32,000 nucleotides of DNA from contig NC_017080.1 in the NCBI RefSeq assembly GCF_000284115.1, positions 30,001 to 62,000 on the forward strand. The letters run 5' to 3'. Under the pieces are notes generated by a model. The model saw only the letters and a list, made by a program, of their open reading frames with translations, was not told where the DNA came from and did not search any database. Source of the DNA: Phycisphaera mikurensis NBRC 102666 (GTDB lineage: Bacteria > Planctomycetota > Phycisphaerae > Phycisphaerales > Phycisphaeraceae). A program made the translations under genes and the position numbers. Shown piece by piece: positions 17,462 to 26,854 of this stretch (its first letter is position 1; each line of letters opens with the position of its first letter).

Positions 17462-17976
17462 GGGTGCCACGCCGCTCGCGGGGTGGGAAGCGCGGGAGGT
17501 CGTCGCGACGCGGCCACCCCCCAAGGGGCGTGGCACCCGGGAACCCTCATCGAGCGGAGATCTCGGGTGCCACGCCGCTTGCGGGGTGGCGAGCGCGGGA
17601 GGTCGTCGCGACGCGGCCACCCCCCAAGGGGCGTGGCACCCGGGAACGCCCATCAAGCGGAGATCTCGGGTGCCACGCCGCTCGCGGGGTGGCGAGCGCG
17701 GGAGGTCGTTGCGACGCGGCCACCCCCCAAGGGGCGTGGCACCCGGGAACCCCAACCAAGCGGAGGTGTTGGGTGCCACGCCGCTTGCGGGGTGGCGAGC
17801 GCGGGAGGTCGTCGCGACGCGGCCACCCCCCAAGGGGCGTGGCACCCGGGAACGCCCATCAAGCGGAGATCTCGGGTGCCACGCCGCTCGCGGGGTGGCG
17901 AGCGCGGGAGGTCGTCGCGACGCGGCCACCCCCCAAGGGGCGTGGCACCCGGGAATCGCGAAAGAGCGGGAACCTC
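17462..17976. repeat. Tandem array: five 103-bp units, each a 77-bp nested palindrome plus 26-bp spacer
   Basis: Units begin at 17462, 17565, 17668, 17771, 17874, with the next partial start at 17977. Core GGGTGCCACGCCGCTCGCGGGGTGGCGAGCGCGGGAGGTCGTCGCGACGCGGCCACCCCCCAAGGGGCGTGGCACCC. Confidence 0.95.
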
Positions 17977-18088
17977 GGGTGCCGAGCATCCGGGTCTCCT
18001 TAAGAGGTGCGTCGAAGGCTGAGCCCTGGAGGGCGTGGCACCCCGACCCGTATCTGCTTGATCGTCCGGGTGTTCTCGGCAACGCGGA

Positions 18089-19474
18089 TCAGGCGAGCAC
18101 GACCCTCGCCCGGCACGGCCGCACGGCGGCCATCGCGTTCCGGGTGTCGACCACGAGCGACGCGTGCTCGCCGACGAGCGCGAGGTCGAGCGCCGCGTGG
18201 TCGGTGGCGACGACCACGGCGTCCGCGGCGGCGAGCGTCGCGGCGGTGAGCGGGACGCTCGCGAGGCCGGCGTGGCGCGGCGAGCGGGGCACGTGCGGAT
18301 CGTGGCAGCTCACCGCCGCGCCGGCTTCTTGGAGGCGGTCGATCAGGTCCAGCGCCGGGCTTTCACGCGTGTCGGCGACGTCGGCCTTGTACGCGAGCCC
18401 CAGCACGAGCACGCGGGCGCCGCGGACCGGGCGGCCGCCGCCGGCGAGCGCGGCCGCGGTCCGCTCGGCGACCCGCGCAGGCGTGCGGCGGTTGACCTCG
18501 CCGGCGAGCTCGATGAAGCGCGGATCCAGCCCCGCCTCCCGCGCCCGCCACGCGAGGTAGTGCGGGTCGATCGGGATGCAGTGGCCGCCGATGCCCGGAC
18601 CGGGGTCGAAGCGCATGAAGCCGAAGGGCTTGGTCGCCGCGGCGTCGAGCACCTCGAAGGGGTCGATGCCCAGCTCCAGCCAGAGCTCCTTCTGCTCATT
18701 CACGAGGCCGATGTTCACCGCCCGGAACACGTTCTCGTGCAGCTTGGCCGCCTCGGCCACCTCCGCGGAGGAGACCTCGACCACCCGCGAGATCGCCGCG
18801 CGGTACAGCGTGGCGGCGAGGCGGCCCGAGGCGGCGTCGAGCCCGCCGACGAGGCGCGGGATCGTTGCGGTCGTGTGATCGCGGCGGCCGGGGTCCTCCC
18901 GCTCGGGCGCGTAGGCGACGAAGACGGACCGGCCGAGCACCAGGCCCGCCGCCTCCAGCGGCGGCAGCACCACCTCGCGGGTGGTGCCGGGGTAGGTGGT
19001 GCTCTCCAGCACGACCAGCTGGCCGGGCCGAGCGGCGGCGGCGACCGCCGCGGCGGTGTCGCGGACGAAGGAGAGGTCCGGCGAGAGGTCCGGCTTCAGC
19101 GGCGTCGGCACGCACAGCAGCACGGCGTCGGCGTCGGCCAGCCGGGCGGCGTCGCCGGTGGCCTCGAAGCGCCCGGAGCCGACGAGGCGCTCGACGAAGC
19201 CCTCGCCCAGGTGCGGGACCCAGTCCCGCGCCGGCCGGGCCGAAGCCGCGGCGACCTTGGCGGGATCGGCGTCGAAGCCGAGCACGCGGAAGCCGGCGTC
19301 GAGCATCGCTCGGCACAGCGGCAGCCCCACGTAGCCGAGCCCCACCACCGCCACCGCCGCGGTCCGGTCGGCGAACCGCCGCGCCAGCTCCGCCCCGGCG
19401 GCCGTCGCATCGGGCGGAGCCGGGGGCTCCGCCGGGGCCGGGGGCGTTCGGGATGCCGGTTCCGGATCGGTCAC
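18089..19474 (-). CDS. Nucleotide sugar dehydrogenase (UDP-glucose/GDP-mannose dehydrogenase family)
   Basis: VAVVGLGYVGLPLCRAMLDAGFRVLGFDAD; LLCVPTPL; ESTTYPGTT; FDPGPGIGGHCIPIDPHYLAWRAREAG; LVLGLAYKADVADTRESPALDLI. Confidence 0.93.
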   Translation of the reverse strand: MTDPEPASRTPPAPAEPPAPPDATAAGAELARRFADRTAAVAVVGLGYVGLPLCRAMLDAGFRVLGFDADPAKVAAASARPARDWVPHLGEGFVERLVGSGRFEATGDAARLADADAVLLCVPTPLKPDLSPDLSFVRDTAAAVAAAARPGQLVVLESTTYPGTTREVVLPPLEAAGLVLGRSVFVAYAPEREDPGRRDHTTATIPRLVGGLDAASGRLAATLYRAAISRVVEVSSAEVAEAAKLHENVFRAVNIGLVNEQKELWLELGIDPFEVLDAAATKPFGFMRFDPGPGIGGHCIPIDPHYLAWRAREAGLDPRFIELAGEVNRRTPARVAERTAAALAGGGRPVRGARVLVLGLAYKADVADTRESPALDLIDRLQEAGAAVSCHDPHVPRSPRHAGLASVPLTAATLAAADAVVVATDHAALDLALVGEHASLVVDTRNAMAAVRPCRARVVLA

Positions 19475-19507
19475 GACGCCATCATGCCGCCGGTGCCCGC
19501 CGCCGGC

Positions 19508-19921
19508 TCAGCCGCCGCCGGCCCGCTTGGCGGCCGAGGCCGGGCGGCGGGACCCGGGCATCGTGAACTCCAGCGGCTTCGGGTCGAAGCCCAGACCCGC
19601 GGCGTCCGCCGCGGCGGACGCCGCAGGCCCGCCCGGCTCCGCCACCGCCTCGGCGTCGACGAACCCGCCCGGTGCGCGGGTGGGCACGAGGCCGGTGCCG
19701 TCGGGGGCGAGGGTGTAGGCGTCCCCGCCGGGTGCGTCGGGCGTGCCGCGGACCTCCCGGACCGGCCGGCGGAGCTCCGCCGCGGTCGCGGCGGGGAGGA
19801 CCGTCCGCGCGGCGTGAGCCCCCGCGGGGCGGGCGTGGTAGCCGATCACGCCGACGAGGCTGAAGGCGCAGAGCAGGCTGGCGGCGAGGAGGAGGCGGGG
19901 GCGGCTGGCGGCGGTGTCCAT
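19508..19921 (-). CDS. Hypothetical secreted/membrane-anchored protein
   Basis: MDTAASRPRLLLAASLLCAFSLVGVIGYHARPA signal/TM; low-complexity remainder; no recognised family. Confidence 0.5.
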   Translation of the reverse strand: MDTAASRPRLLLAASLLCAFSLVGVIGYHARPAGAHAARTVLPAATAAELRRPVREVRGTPDAPGGDAYTLAPDGTGLVPTRAPGGFVDAEAVAEPGGPAASAAADAAGLGFDPKPLEFTMPGSRRPASAAKRAGGG

Positions 19922-20016
19922 GGGACCGTTCATCGGCGTGGCCGCGGGCCCGCTGAAGGGCGGGCGGGGCCCCGCCGCCGACCCCCCGCGACGCGTTTGC
20001 TACATTCCCGCTCCGC

Positions 20017-20090
<74 letters not shown>

Positions 20091-20150
20091 TCGAGACCCC
20101 CGCCGTCTCCCGCCGCCCCGGCGTCCGCTCCCGCGGAGCCGGGGCTTTTC

Positions 20151-21320
20151 ATGGCCCCGGGACCTCCGCCGACCCCGCCCGCCGCGGCGCCGCCTCCGCT
20201 GCCGGCGTCGCTGCGTCGGGTGCTGGTGGTGCAGACCGACCACCACCTGGGCAACACCGCCCTCTCGCTGCCGGTGGTCGCGGCGCTGGGCGCCCACTTC
20301 TGCCGGGGGGTCGACCTCCTCGTCGACGCGCGCTACGCCGGCGTCGTGGGCGGCGTGCCGGGCGTCCGCCGCGTGCGGTCGATGCCGGCGCAGCGGGACG
20401 GCTTCGGGAACAAGCGGCGCGGGATCCCCGCCACCGCCCTGCTGCTGGCGCGGCTGGCGGCGCGGCGGTACGAGGCGGTGATCGACCTCGCCGGCGGCGT
20501 GCGGACCGGCATCCTCGTGCGGGCGGCGGGCTGGGCGACGCGCGAGCGGGTGGGCTTCCTGCAGGCCCGCCGGCCCGGGGCGTACACCCGCACGATCGAT
20601 GCGCCCGACACCGCCCGCACCGGCACGCACTTCTTCGACCGCTACGCCCGGACGCTCGCCTGCATCGGCCGCGATCCCGGCGCGCCCTGGCCGCCCCCGG
20701 TCCGGCTGCGGCCGACCGACGCCGACCACGCCGCCGGCGCGGCGGCGATCGCGCACGCCTTCCCCGACGCCGCCGGGCCGCTGGTGGTGCTGCACCCCGC
20801 CGCGGGCATCGCCTGGCGCTGCTGGCCGCCGGAGCGGTTCGCCGCGGTGGCCCGCGGGCTCGTGGCCCGGCGCGACGCGCGGGTGCTCATCGTCGGCGTC
20901 GACGGCGACCGCGAGCGGGCGGAGGCGATCATCGCCGCCGCCGCGGCCGGCCCCGGAGGCGCGGCAACCGGCCGCGTCGCCTTCGCCTCGCGGCCGCTGC
21001 CGGTGACGCTGGCGGTGCTGGCCGCGGCGGACCTGCTCGTCTCCAACGAGAGCGGCCCAACGCACCTCGCCGCGGCCGCGGGCACGCCGGTGGTCACCGT
21101 CTTCGGCCCCACCGACGAGACGCGCTGGCGCCCGCTGCCGCTCTCGCCCGACCGCCTCGACGTGCTGCGGGGCTCCGCCTGCGACCCCGGCTGCCACGGA
21201 AGGACCTGCGTGTCCGGGCGGCGTTGCCTCCTGAGCCTGTCGGCGGACGCGGTGCTCGCCGCCGCGTGCGACATGCTCGACCGGGCCCCGAAGCGGCCGC
21301 TTCCTACCTTCGGGCCATGA
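20151..21320 (+). CDS. Glycosyltransferase family 9 / heptosyltransferase-like protein
   Basis: RVLVVQTDHHLGNTALSLPVVAALG; VVLHPAAGIAWRCWPPERFAAVA; LAAADLLVSNESGPTHLAAAAGTPVVTVFGPTDETRWRPL. ATG at 20151 avoids overlap with the tRNA. Confidence 0.87.
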   Translation: MAPGPPPTPPAAAPPPLPASLRRVLVVQTDHHLGNTALSLPVVAALGAHFCRGVDLLVDARYAGVVGGVPGVRRVRSMPAQRDGFGNKRRGIPATALLLARLAARRYEAVIDLAGGVRTGILVRAAGWATRERVGFLQARRPGAYTRTIDAPDTARTGTHFFDRYARTLACIGRDPGAPWPPPVRLRPTDADHAAGAAAIAHAFPDAAGPLVVLHPAAGIAWRCWPPERFAAVARGLVARRDARVLIVGVDGDRERAEAIIAAAAAGPGGAATGRVAFASRPLPVTLAVLAAADLLVSNESGPTHLAAAAGTPVVTVFGPTDETRWRPLPLSPDRLDVLRGSACDPGCHGRTCVSGRRCLLSLSADAVLAAACDMLDRAPKRPLPTFGP

Positions 21321-22771
21321 CCGGCCGCCTCCTCTTGCCGGTCCTGCTCGCGGTCCTGCTCGCGGTCCTGCTCCAAGCGTCCCCCGCCGACGCGAAGACC
21401 CGCCGCGGCCTCACCGGGACGGTCGTGTACGCGACCTGGACGCAGGACCCCACCACCACGCTGACCGTTCACTGGATCGACGACGACCCCGGCGATCCCG
21501 CGGACCGCGGCGGCGGGCGGTCCCCGACGCTCACGGTCCGCGGGATCGACGGCACCGAGGGCGCCGACGCCGGCGTGTCGGTCACCGCCGCCACCATGCT
21601 GCCGATCCCCGGGACCTCCCGCTTCGTCCACCGCGCCGAGGCCACCGGCCTGGCGCCGGGCGCGGCCTACGCGGTCCGCGTGCCCGGCGACCCGCGGCCA
21701 CGCCGCTTCCGCACCGTCGACGCCGACCCCGCGACCCCGACCCGCTTCGTGCTCACCTCCGACGTCTACCGCCGCCGCGACCCCCTGCTGGCGATGCACG
21801 CCCACCTCGCGGCCCGCGATCCCGCCTTCGTCATCCTCGCCGGGGACATCGCCTACGCCAACGGCGACGTGGAGAACGCGGACAGGTGGCTGGACTTCCT
21901 CTGGGCCTGGGACGACCGCGTCGTCACCGCGGAGGGGTTCTCGGTGCCGATGATCGCCCTGATCGGCAACCACGAGGTCGACGGCGGCTACCTCCACGAG
22001 ATCGACCGCGACCGCTACCCCGATCCCGCCGACGCGAGTCCCTTCTTCCGCCGGCTCTTCGCCTTCCCCGGCGAGCGGAGCTACGGCGTGCTGGACTTCG
22101 GCGACGACCTCTCGCTGGTCGCCCTGGACTCGGGCCACCAAGCGGCGATCGCCGGCGAGCAGACCCGCTGGCTGGAGGAGACGCTCGCCGCCCGGCAGCA
22201 CCGCACGCACCTGTTCACCGCCTGGCACGTCCCGGCGTACCCCTCGGCCCGGCGGCTGGCCTCGTCGATGCCCCGTCGCCTCCGCCGCCACTTCGTGCCG
22301 CTCTTGGACCGCTACGGCGTCGACGCCAGCTTCGAGGGCCACGACCACGCGTACAAGCGGACGCAGCCGATCCGCCACGGCAAGATCGACCCGCTGGGAA
22401 CCGTCTACGTGGGCGACGGCGGCTACGCCGACCTCGCCGAGCGGGTCCCCGCCGAACCCGGCCGCGGCGGCTGGTTCTCCGACGCCCGCTGGTACCTCGC
22501 CAACTCCAAGCAGACCGACCACTTCGAGGTGGTGACGCTCACCGGCCCGGACCGCCGCTTCGAGGCCGTCGGCGCCGACGGGGAGGTCTTCGACGCTTGG
22601 GAGAGCCATGGCAACGAGCCCAAGGCGGTGGTGGAGACGCCGGTCACGCCGGTCCCGGCCCGGGCGGAGTTCTGGCTGCTGCTCATCGGCGTGCCGGCGG
22701 CCGTGGGCGCCGGGGCGTGGTGGACGCGCCTGACGCGGTCGCGGCGCCGGGCCGCCGCCGCCGCGGCGTAG
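21317..22771 (+). CDS. Secreted purple-acid-phosphatase-like metallophosphoesterase with C-terminal TM/Arg-rich tail
   Basis: Signal peptide LLLPVLLAVLLAVLLQASPADA; fibronectin-like N-domain; VILAGDIAYANGD, MIALIGNHEV, FTAWHVPAY, FEGHDHAYKRT; C-terminal WLLLIGVPAAVGAGAWWTRLTRSRRRAA. ATGA overlap with the upstream gene. Confidence 0.88.
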   Translation: MTGRLLLPVLLAVLLAVLLQASPADAKTRRGLTGTVVYATWTQDPTTTLTVHWIDDDPGDPADRGGGRSPTLTVRGIDGTEGADAGVSVTAATMLPIPGTSRFVHRAEATGLAPGAAYAVRVPGDPRPRRFRTVDADPATPTRFVLTSDVYRRRDPLLAMHAHLAARDPAFVILAGDIAYANGDVENADRWLDFLWAWDDRVVTAEGFSVPMIALIGNHEVDGGYLHEIDRDRYPDPADASPFFRRLFAFPGERSYGVLDFGDDLSLVALDSGHQAAIAGEQTRWLEETLAARQHRTHLFTAWHVPAYPSARRLASSMPRRLRRHFVPLLDRYGVDASFEGHDHAYKRTQPIRHGKIDPLGTVYVGDGGYADLAERVPAEPGRGGWFSDARWYLANSKQTDHFEVVTLTGPDRRFEAVGADGEVFDAWESHGNEPKAVVETPVTPVPARAEFWLLLIGVPAAVGAGAWWTRLTRSRRRAAAAAA

Positions 22772-22781
22772 CTTCGGGCGC

Positions 22782-23573
22782 ATGCCCGCCTCCTCGCTCC
22801 GTCCCGGCCTCGTCTCGATCACCTTCCGGGGGCTCGCGGCGGAGGAGGTGCTCCGGGAGGCCGTCGCCGCCGGGCTGGAGGGCATCGAGTGGGGCGGCGA
22901 CGTGCACGCGCCGCACGGGGACCTGGCGGCGGCCGAGCGGATCGGCCATGCGACGCGCGACGCCGGCCTGGCTCTGCCGACCTACGGGTCGTACCTGCGG
23001 GCCGGTGCCGGGGGGCCCGGCCAGCCCCCGGTGGCCGCGGTCATCGCCTCGGCGGCCGCGCTCGGTGCCGCCGACGTCCGGGTCTGGGCGGGCGGGACGG
23101 GCAGCGCGGAGGCGGAGCCCGCCGACCGCGCCGCGGTCGCCGCGGGCCTCCGCGAGGCCTGCGACCGCGCCGCCGACGCCGGCCTCGGCGTGGCCTTGGA
23201 GTACCACGCCGGCACGCTCACCGACACCGCCGACTCCTGCCTCGCCCTGCTCGACGCCGTCGACCGGCCGAACCTCTCGACGCTCTGGCAGACCACCAAC
23301 GGGGCGAGCGACGCCCACAGCCTCGCGACCCTCCGGCGTCTGCAGCCGCGGGTGCGGCACGCGCACGTGTTCGAGTGGGACACCGGCGCCGCCGACCAGC
23401 GCCCGCTCGCCGCCGGCGCCGACCGCTGGCGCCGCTTCCTCGGCGAACTCGCCGCGCCCGGCGTCGAGCGTTTCTGCCTGATGGAGTTCGTCCGGGGCGG
23501 GACGCTCGGGCAGTTCCACGCCGACGCCGCGACGCTCAAGGGCTGGCTGGCGGGCACCCATCCGCCGGCCTGA
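22782..23573 (+). CDS. Sugar phosphate isomerase/epimerase, xylose-isomerase-like TIM barrel
   Basis: GLVSITFRGLAAEEVLREAVAAGLEGIEWGGDVHAPHGD...GVALEYHAGTLTDTADSCLALLDAVDRPNLSTLWQTTNG. Confidence 0.85.
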   Translation: MPASSLRPGLVSITFRGLAAEEVLREAVAAGLEGIEWGGDVHAPHGDLAAAERIGHATRDAGLALPTYGSYLRAGAGGPGQPPVAAVIASAAALGAADVRVWAGGTGSAEAEPADRAAVAAGLREACDRAADAGLGVALEYHAGTLTDTADSCLALLDAVDRPNLSTLWQTTNGASDAHSLATLRRLQPRVRHAHVFEWDTGAADQRPLAAGADRWRRFLGELAAPGVERFCLMEFVRGGTLGQFHADAATLKGWLAGTHPPA

Positions 23574-23604
23574 GCGGTGCCGCACCCGCGTGGAGCACCC
23601 ACAA

Positions 23605-23645
23605 CCGGGTGTCGAAGGTCGCGTCCCGGGGGGCGTGACACCCGG
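23605..23645. terminator. Hairpin between convergent genes, related in sequence to the 103-bp array ends
   Basis: CCGGGTGTC (23605-23613) pairs with GACACCCGG (23637-23645); flanking GGGGGGCGTGACACCCGGG resembles GGGGCGTGGCACCCGGG of the array. Confidence 0.4.
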
Positions 23646-23688
23646 GCCCCAAACGCTGCGCCCGCCCGCGTCTCTCTCGGGGCGCACC

Positions 23689-24687
23689 TCAGGCCATCGT
23701 GTCTAGCATCGCCGCGTGGATCTCGTGCTGCAGCGCCCCGCCGCCGAGCAGCGCTTCGGCCTCGTCGAGCACCGTCTCGCTCAGGCGGCGGACCTCTCGG
23801 CCGAGGCTCCCGGCGATGTGGCTGGAGAGGTGCGCGTTGGGCAGGTCGTACAGCGGGCTGCCGGCCACCGGCGGCTCGGGCGCGGTGACGTCCAGCAGCG
23901 CGGTCAGGTCGGGCCGCTCGCGGAGGACGCCGACGAGGCCCTCCTCGTCCACCTGGGCGCCCCGCCCCGTGTTCAGGAAGGTCGCCCCGGGCCGCATCGA
24001 GGCGAACAGGTCGCGGGTGAGCGCGTGGCGCAGGCTCGGGAGGTCCGGCAGGTGGTTGCTGACCACCTCGCAGGAGGCGAACGCCTCCTCCATGCCGATC
24101 CTCCGGGCGCCGTGGGCGTCGAGCACGGCGTCGTCGACGAAGGGGTCCACCACGCGGACGTCGAAGCGGAAGTGCCCCAGCAGCTCCGCGGTCATCCGCC
24201 CCACCGCCCCGAAGCCCAGCAGCGCCACCGGGGTGTCCCACACGCCCGGGCCCACCGGCGGGCCGCCGCCGCGGTCCCAGGGGCCCGCGATCGACCGGCT
24301 GTTCCCGAAGTAGTTCTTCGAGGCCAGCAGGATCTGGGCGAGGCTGAACTCCGCGACCGGCCGCCCGTTCGCCTTCCAGGCGCTCACCACCCGCACCCCG
24401 CGGTCGAGCATCGGCCCGGCGAAGCCCTTCACCGTGCCGGCGGCGTAGAAGAGCACCTCCAGGTCGGGCAGCCGGGCCAGCGTGTCCGCCTCCAGCCGGG
24501 GCATGCCCCACGTCGAGAAGGCCCAGCGGACGCCGGCGAGGCCCGCGGCCGGGTCGCCGGTCACCACGCCGGGCCGCAGGTCGGTGAAGGAGGCGAGGCG
24601 GTCGCGGCCGGCGTCGCCGTAGACGCGTTGGATCTGGTCGGGGTCGCCGATGAGCGCGGCGACGGGTCGGGAGCGGTTGGCAACCAT
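23689..24687 (-). CDS. D-isomer-specific 2-hydroxyacid dehydrogenase family protein
   Basis: VALLGFGAVGRMTAELLGHFRFDVRVVDPF; CEVVSNHLPDLPSLRHALTRDLFASMRPGATFLNTGRGAQVDEEGLVGVL; LLDVTAPEPP. Start at MVANRSRPV (24687). Confidence 0.87.
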   Translation of the reverse strand: MVANRSRPVAALIGDPDQIQRVYGDAGRDRLASFTDLRPGVVTGDPAAGLAGVRWAFSTWGMPRLEADTLARLPDLEVLFYAAGTVKGFAGPMLDRGVRVVSAWKANGRPVAEFSLAQILLASKNYFGNSRSIAGPWDRGGGPPVGPGVWDTPVALLGFGAVGRMTAELLGHFRFDVRVVDPFVDDAVLDAHGARRIGMEEAFASCEVVSNHLPDLPSLRHALTRDLFASMRPGATFLNTGRGAQVDEEGLVGVLRERPDLTALLDVTAPEPPVAGSPLYDLPNAHLSSHIAGSLGREVRRLSETVLDEAEALLGGGALQHEIHAAMLDTMA

Positions 24688-24901
24688 CGGCGAGGACCGT
24701 ACCGGCCGGGCCCGGCCGCCTCCGCGGCGAGCCCGCCGGCCACTGGACCCCGCGCTGCACGCCGGGCCTCGCGCGCTTCTACGCATCCCAAGGGGTCCAC
24801 GGGCGTCCGTCGATGCACCGGCTCGGGCGCCACGCCCTGCAGGGCCGGGCTCTCCACGGGACGTTCGGGGCCGGATGCCCGGAAATCCACCGGGATGCGG
24901 A

Positions 24902-25501
24902 TCAGTCGCCGTGCTTCTGCCGCAGCCGGCCCGAAAGCCGCAGCAGCAGGTGGCCCCGCTCGAAGAAGTCCACGACCTCCCTCACCACCGCCGCCAGCGG
25001 GTCGAAGTCCGCGTCGCGGAACCCCGGCCCCACGCCCAACGCTGCGGCCTCCGCCGCGGGCAGCGCCTTGCTCGCCATGCCGCGGTAGCGCGACAGCGTG
25101 CGGTCGCCCATCGCGATCACCGGCTCGAGGTCCTCGGCGAGCAGGTACGTCACCGGCACCCGGAAGCCGCCGTTGACCTGGCTCTTCACCACCAGCTCCG
25201 CGTGCTCCTCCGACCGCGGGAGGAAGCGGAGGCGGATCCTCGCGGGGTTCGCCTCCGCCGCCCGCTGCATCGCCGCACCCTGCAGCGCGCAGTCGCCGCA
25301 CCACGGCCCGGTAAGGCACAGCACGTTCATCTCGCGGGTGAAGCCGCCGAGCGTCGCCCGCTGCGTGTCGTCGAGCGCGAGCTGCCCGTGCCGCTCCCGC
25401 CAGGGACCCAGCTGGCCGGCCGCCTCGCCGGCGGCGCACAGCCCCTCGAAGGAGAGGCCTTTCTCGAAGGAGGACCGGAGGACGTCGGCGGGAGCGAACA
25501 T
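24902..25501 (-). CDS. Thioredoxin-like family protein
   Basis: NVLCLTGPWCGDCALQGAAMQRAAEANPARIRLRFLPRSE...VNGGFRVPVTYLLAEDLEPVIAMGDRTLSRYR; WCGDC motif and cis-Pro region. Confidence 0.82.
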   Translation of the reverse strand: MFAPADVLRSSFEKGLSFEGLCAAGEAAGQLGPWRERHGQLALDDTQRATLGGFTREMNVLCLTGPWCGDCALQGAAMQRAAEANPARIRLRFLPRSEEHAELVVKSQVNGGFRVPVTYLLAEDLEPVIAMGDRTLSRYRGMASKALPAAEAAALGVGPGFRDADFDPLAAVVREVVDFFERGHLLLRLSGRLRQKHGD

Positions 25502-25531
25502 GCGGGCACGCTACGCGGGGCCGCGCCCGTC

Positions 25532-25978
25532 TCAGGCCGGCTCGGCCTCAACGCCGCTGAAGCCGAGGTTCACCCGCAGCCGCTGGGCGATGAGCTGGCC
25601 GACCGGGTTGCTGCCGAAGAGCCCGATGTCCAGCCGCACGAAGGTCACGCCGTCGCTCACCGGCTTGATGACGAACTTGTACTCGTGCCCGCGCGGGTTC
25701 ATCGAGACGATCTCGCGGCGGAAGCCGTCCTCGCTGGTCGCGTCGGAGAACACCCGGAACCCCAGCTCGTCGAAGCTGGCGTAGACCGCGTCGGCGACCA
25801 CCTCGGGGGTGGTCATGAGCGCCATGTCGACCTTGCCGAACTTCATCGCGGTCCCGCCGGTCTTCGCCGCGTTGGCCACCGCCCCCAGCGCCGCCAGCTC
25901 CAGCCCGCCCGCGCAGCCGCCGAGCAGCGGCAACGCCGCAACCACCACCCCCGCCGTCCCGACGCGTCTGCCGCTCAT
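25532..25978 (-). CDS. Lipoprotein, DUF3568-like
   Basis: MSGRRVGTAGVVVAALPLLGGCAGG lipobox, compact 149-codon ORF in the coding frame; family call from general pattern only. Confidence 0.7.
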   Translation of the reverse strand: MSGRRVGTAGVVVAALPLLGGCAGGLELAALGAVANAAKTGGTAMKFGKVDMALMTTPEVVADAVYASFDELGFRVFSDATSEDGFRREIVSMNPRGHEYKFVIKPVSDGVTFVRLDIGLFGSNPVGQLIAQRLRVNLGFSGVEAEPA

Positions 25979-26130
25979 CGCGCAGAATCTACGCCGCGGC
26001 TCCCGCGGATCCGCGGACCGCCGCTCCCGAACCGCGAAATCGGCCACGGTCCGCGGCGTCGGGACGGACGCGATCCCGCCCGGCTCCGCGGCGCGCCCGA
26101 CGCGGCGCCCGCCCGCGGACCGCACGCGAA

Positions 26131-26163
26131 AGAGGCCGCCGGACCTCTCGGTCCGCGGCCTCT
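26131..26163 (-). terminator. Candidate terminator for the lipoprotein gene at 26206-26736
   Basis: AGAGGCCGCcGGACC...GGTCCGCGGCCTCT hairpin (one bulge) followed on the minus strand by TTTCG. Confidence 0.5.
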
Positions 26164-26205
26164 CGGGCTCAGGCCGCCGCGGGGGCGGCGTGCTCCGGGC
26201 GTGCT

Positions 26206-26736
26206 TCAGCCCCTCATCTGCGTGATCGTCGACTGCAGGCCCTCCACGGCCTCCTCCATCGACGGCACCGACGACAGGTCCATCTCCTTGAGCTTGTCGA
26301 CGGCCGCCTGCGCCTTGTCGAGGTTGCCCTCGCCGATGGCGTTGCCGGCCTCGTTCATCAGCTCGGCCACCTTCGTCTGCATCTGCGCGCTCAGGTCGTT
26401 CACGCCCTCGCCGACCTTCTCCATCGTGGACGTGCCGGCGGCCAGCAGCTCCTCGCCCTTGGCGGCCGCGTCGCCCATGGCGCCCTCGGCGTCCTCCCGC
26501 ACGCCGTCCATCGCCGCGCCGGCGTCCTCCATGAGGCTGTCGCCGGCGGCGTCCGCGTCGTCCATCACGTCCTCGGCGGCGGTCTCGTGCGCCGTGCCGT
26601 CGGCGTGATCGTGCGCGTCGGGGGCGGTCACGGCGGTGTCGACGGCGGCCGGCCCCTCGGGCTGGTCGCAGCCGGTGGCGGCGAGCAGGGCGGCGGCGAG
26701 GGCGGTGGCGGCGAAGGGGGCGGTGGGGAGGCTCAT
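26206..26736 (-). CDS. Predicted lipoprotein with acidic, coiled-coil/YtxH-like helical region
   Basis: MSLPTAPFAATALAAALLAATGC lipobox; repeated DAxxxxxD/MxxxxEGAMGDAAAKGEELL helical pattern. Confidence 0.65.
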   Translation of the reverse strand: MSLPTAPFAATALAAALLAATGCDQPEGPAAVDTAVTAPDAHDHADGTAHETAAEDVMDDADAAGDSLMEDAGAAMDGVREDAEGAMGDAAAKGEELLAAGTSTMEKVGEGVNDLSAQMQTKVAELMNEAGNAIGEGNLDKAQAAVDKLKEMDLSSVPSMEEAVEGLQSTITQMRG

Positions 26737-26854
26737 GGCGCTGACGGATTCTCGGGGTGCGGGGGAGGAACGGGCGGGGCCGCCCGCCGCAACGGCTTGC
26801 GGCGGGGGGCCACAGCCTATCCCCTCCGGGCGACGACGGCCACAGCACAAACCC

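Noticed and set aside
17462-17976. CRISPR array
   Set aside because: The repeat core is 77 bp and nested-palindromic, spacers are 26 bp and related to each other, and no cas genes are nearby.
17462-17976. Integron attC array
   Set aside because: Imperfect palindromes of suitable size, but no GTTRRRY/RYYYAAC sites, no cassettes between units and no integrase.
16271-18082. 603-aa minus-strand ORF and related ORFs (17365-17550, 17456-18022, 17586-18560) with repeated 'GCHAPWGVAASRRPPAL'/'HPPRGVAPGN' peptides
   Set aside because: These are translations of the 103-bp noncoding palindromic array in several frames at once; no single frame is privileged.
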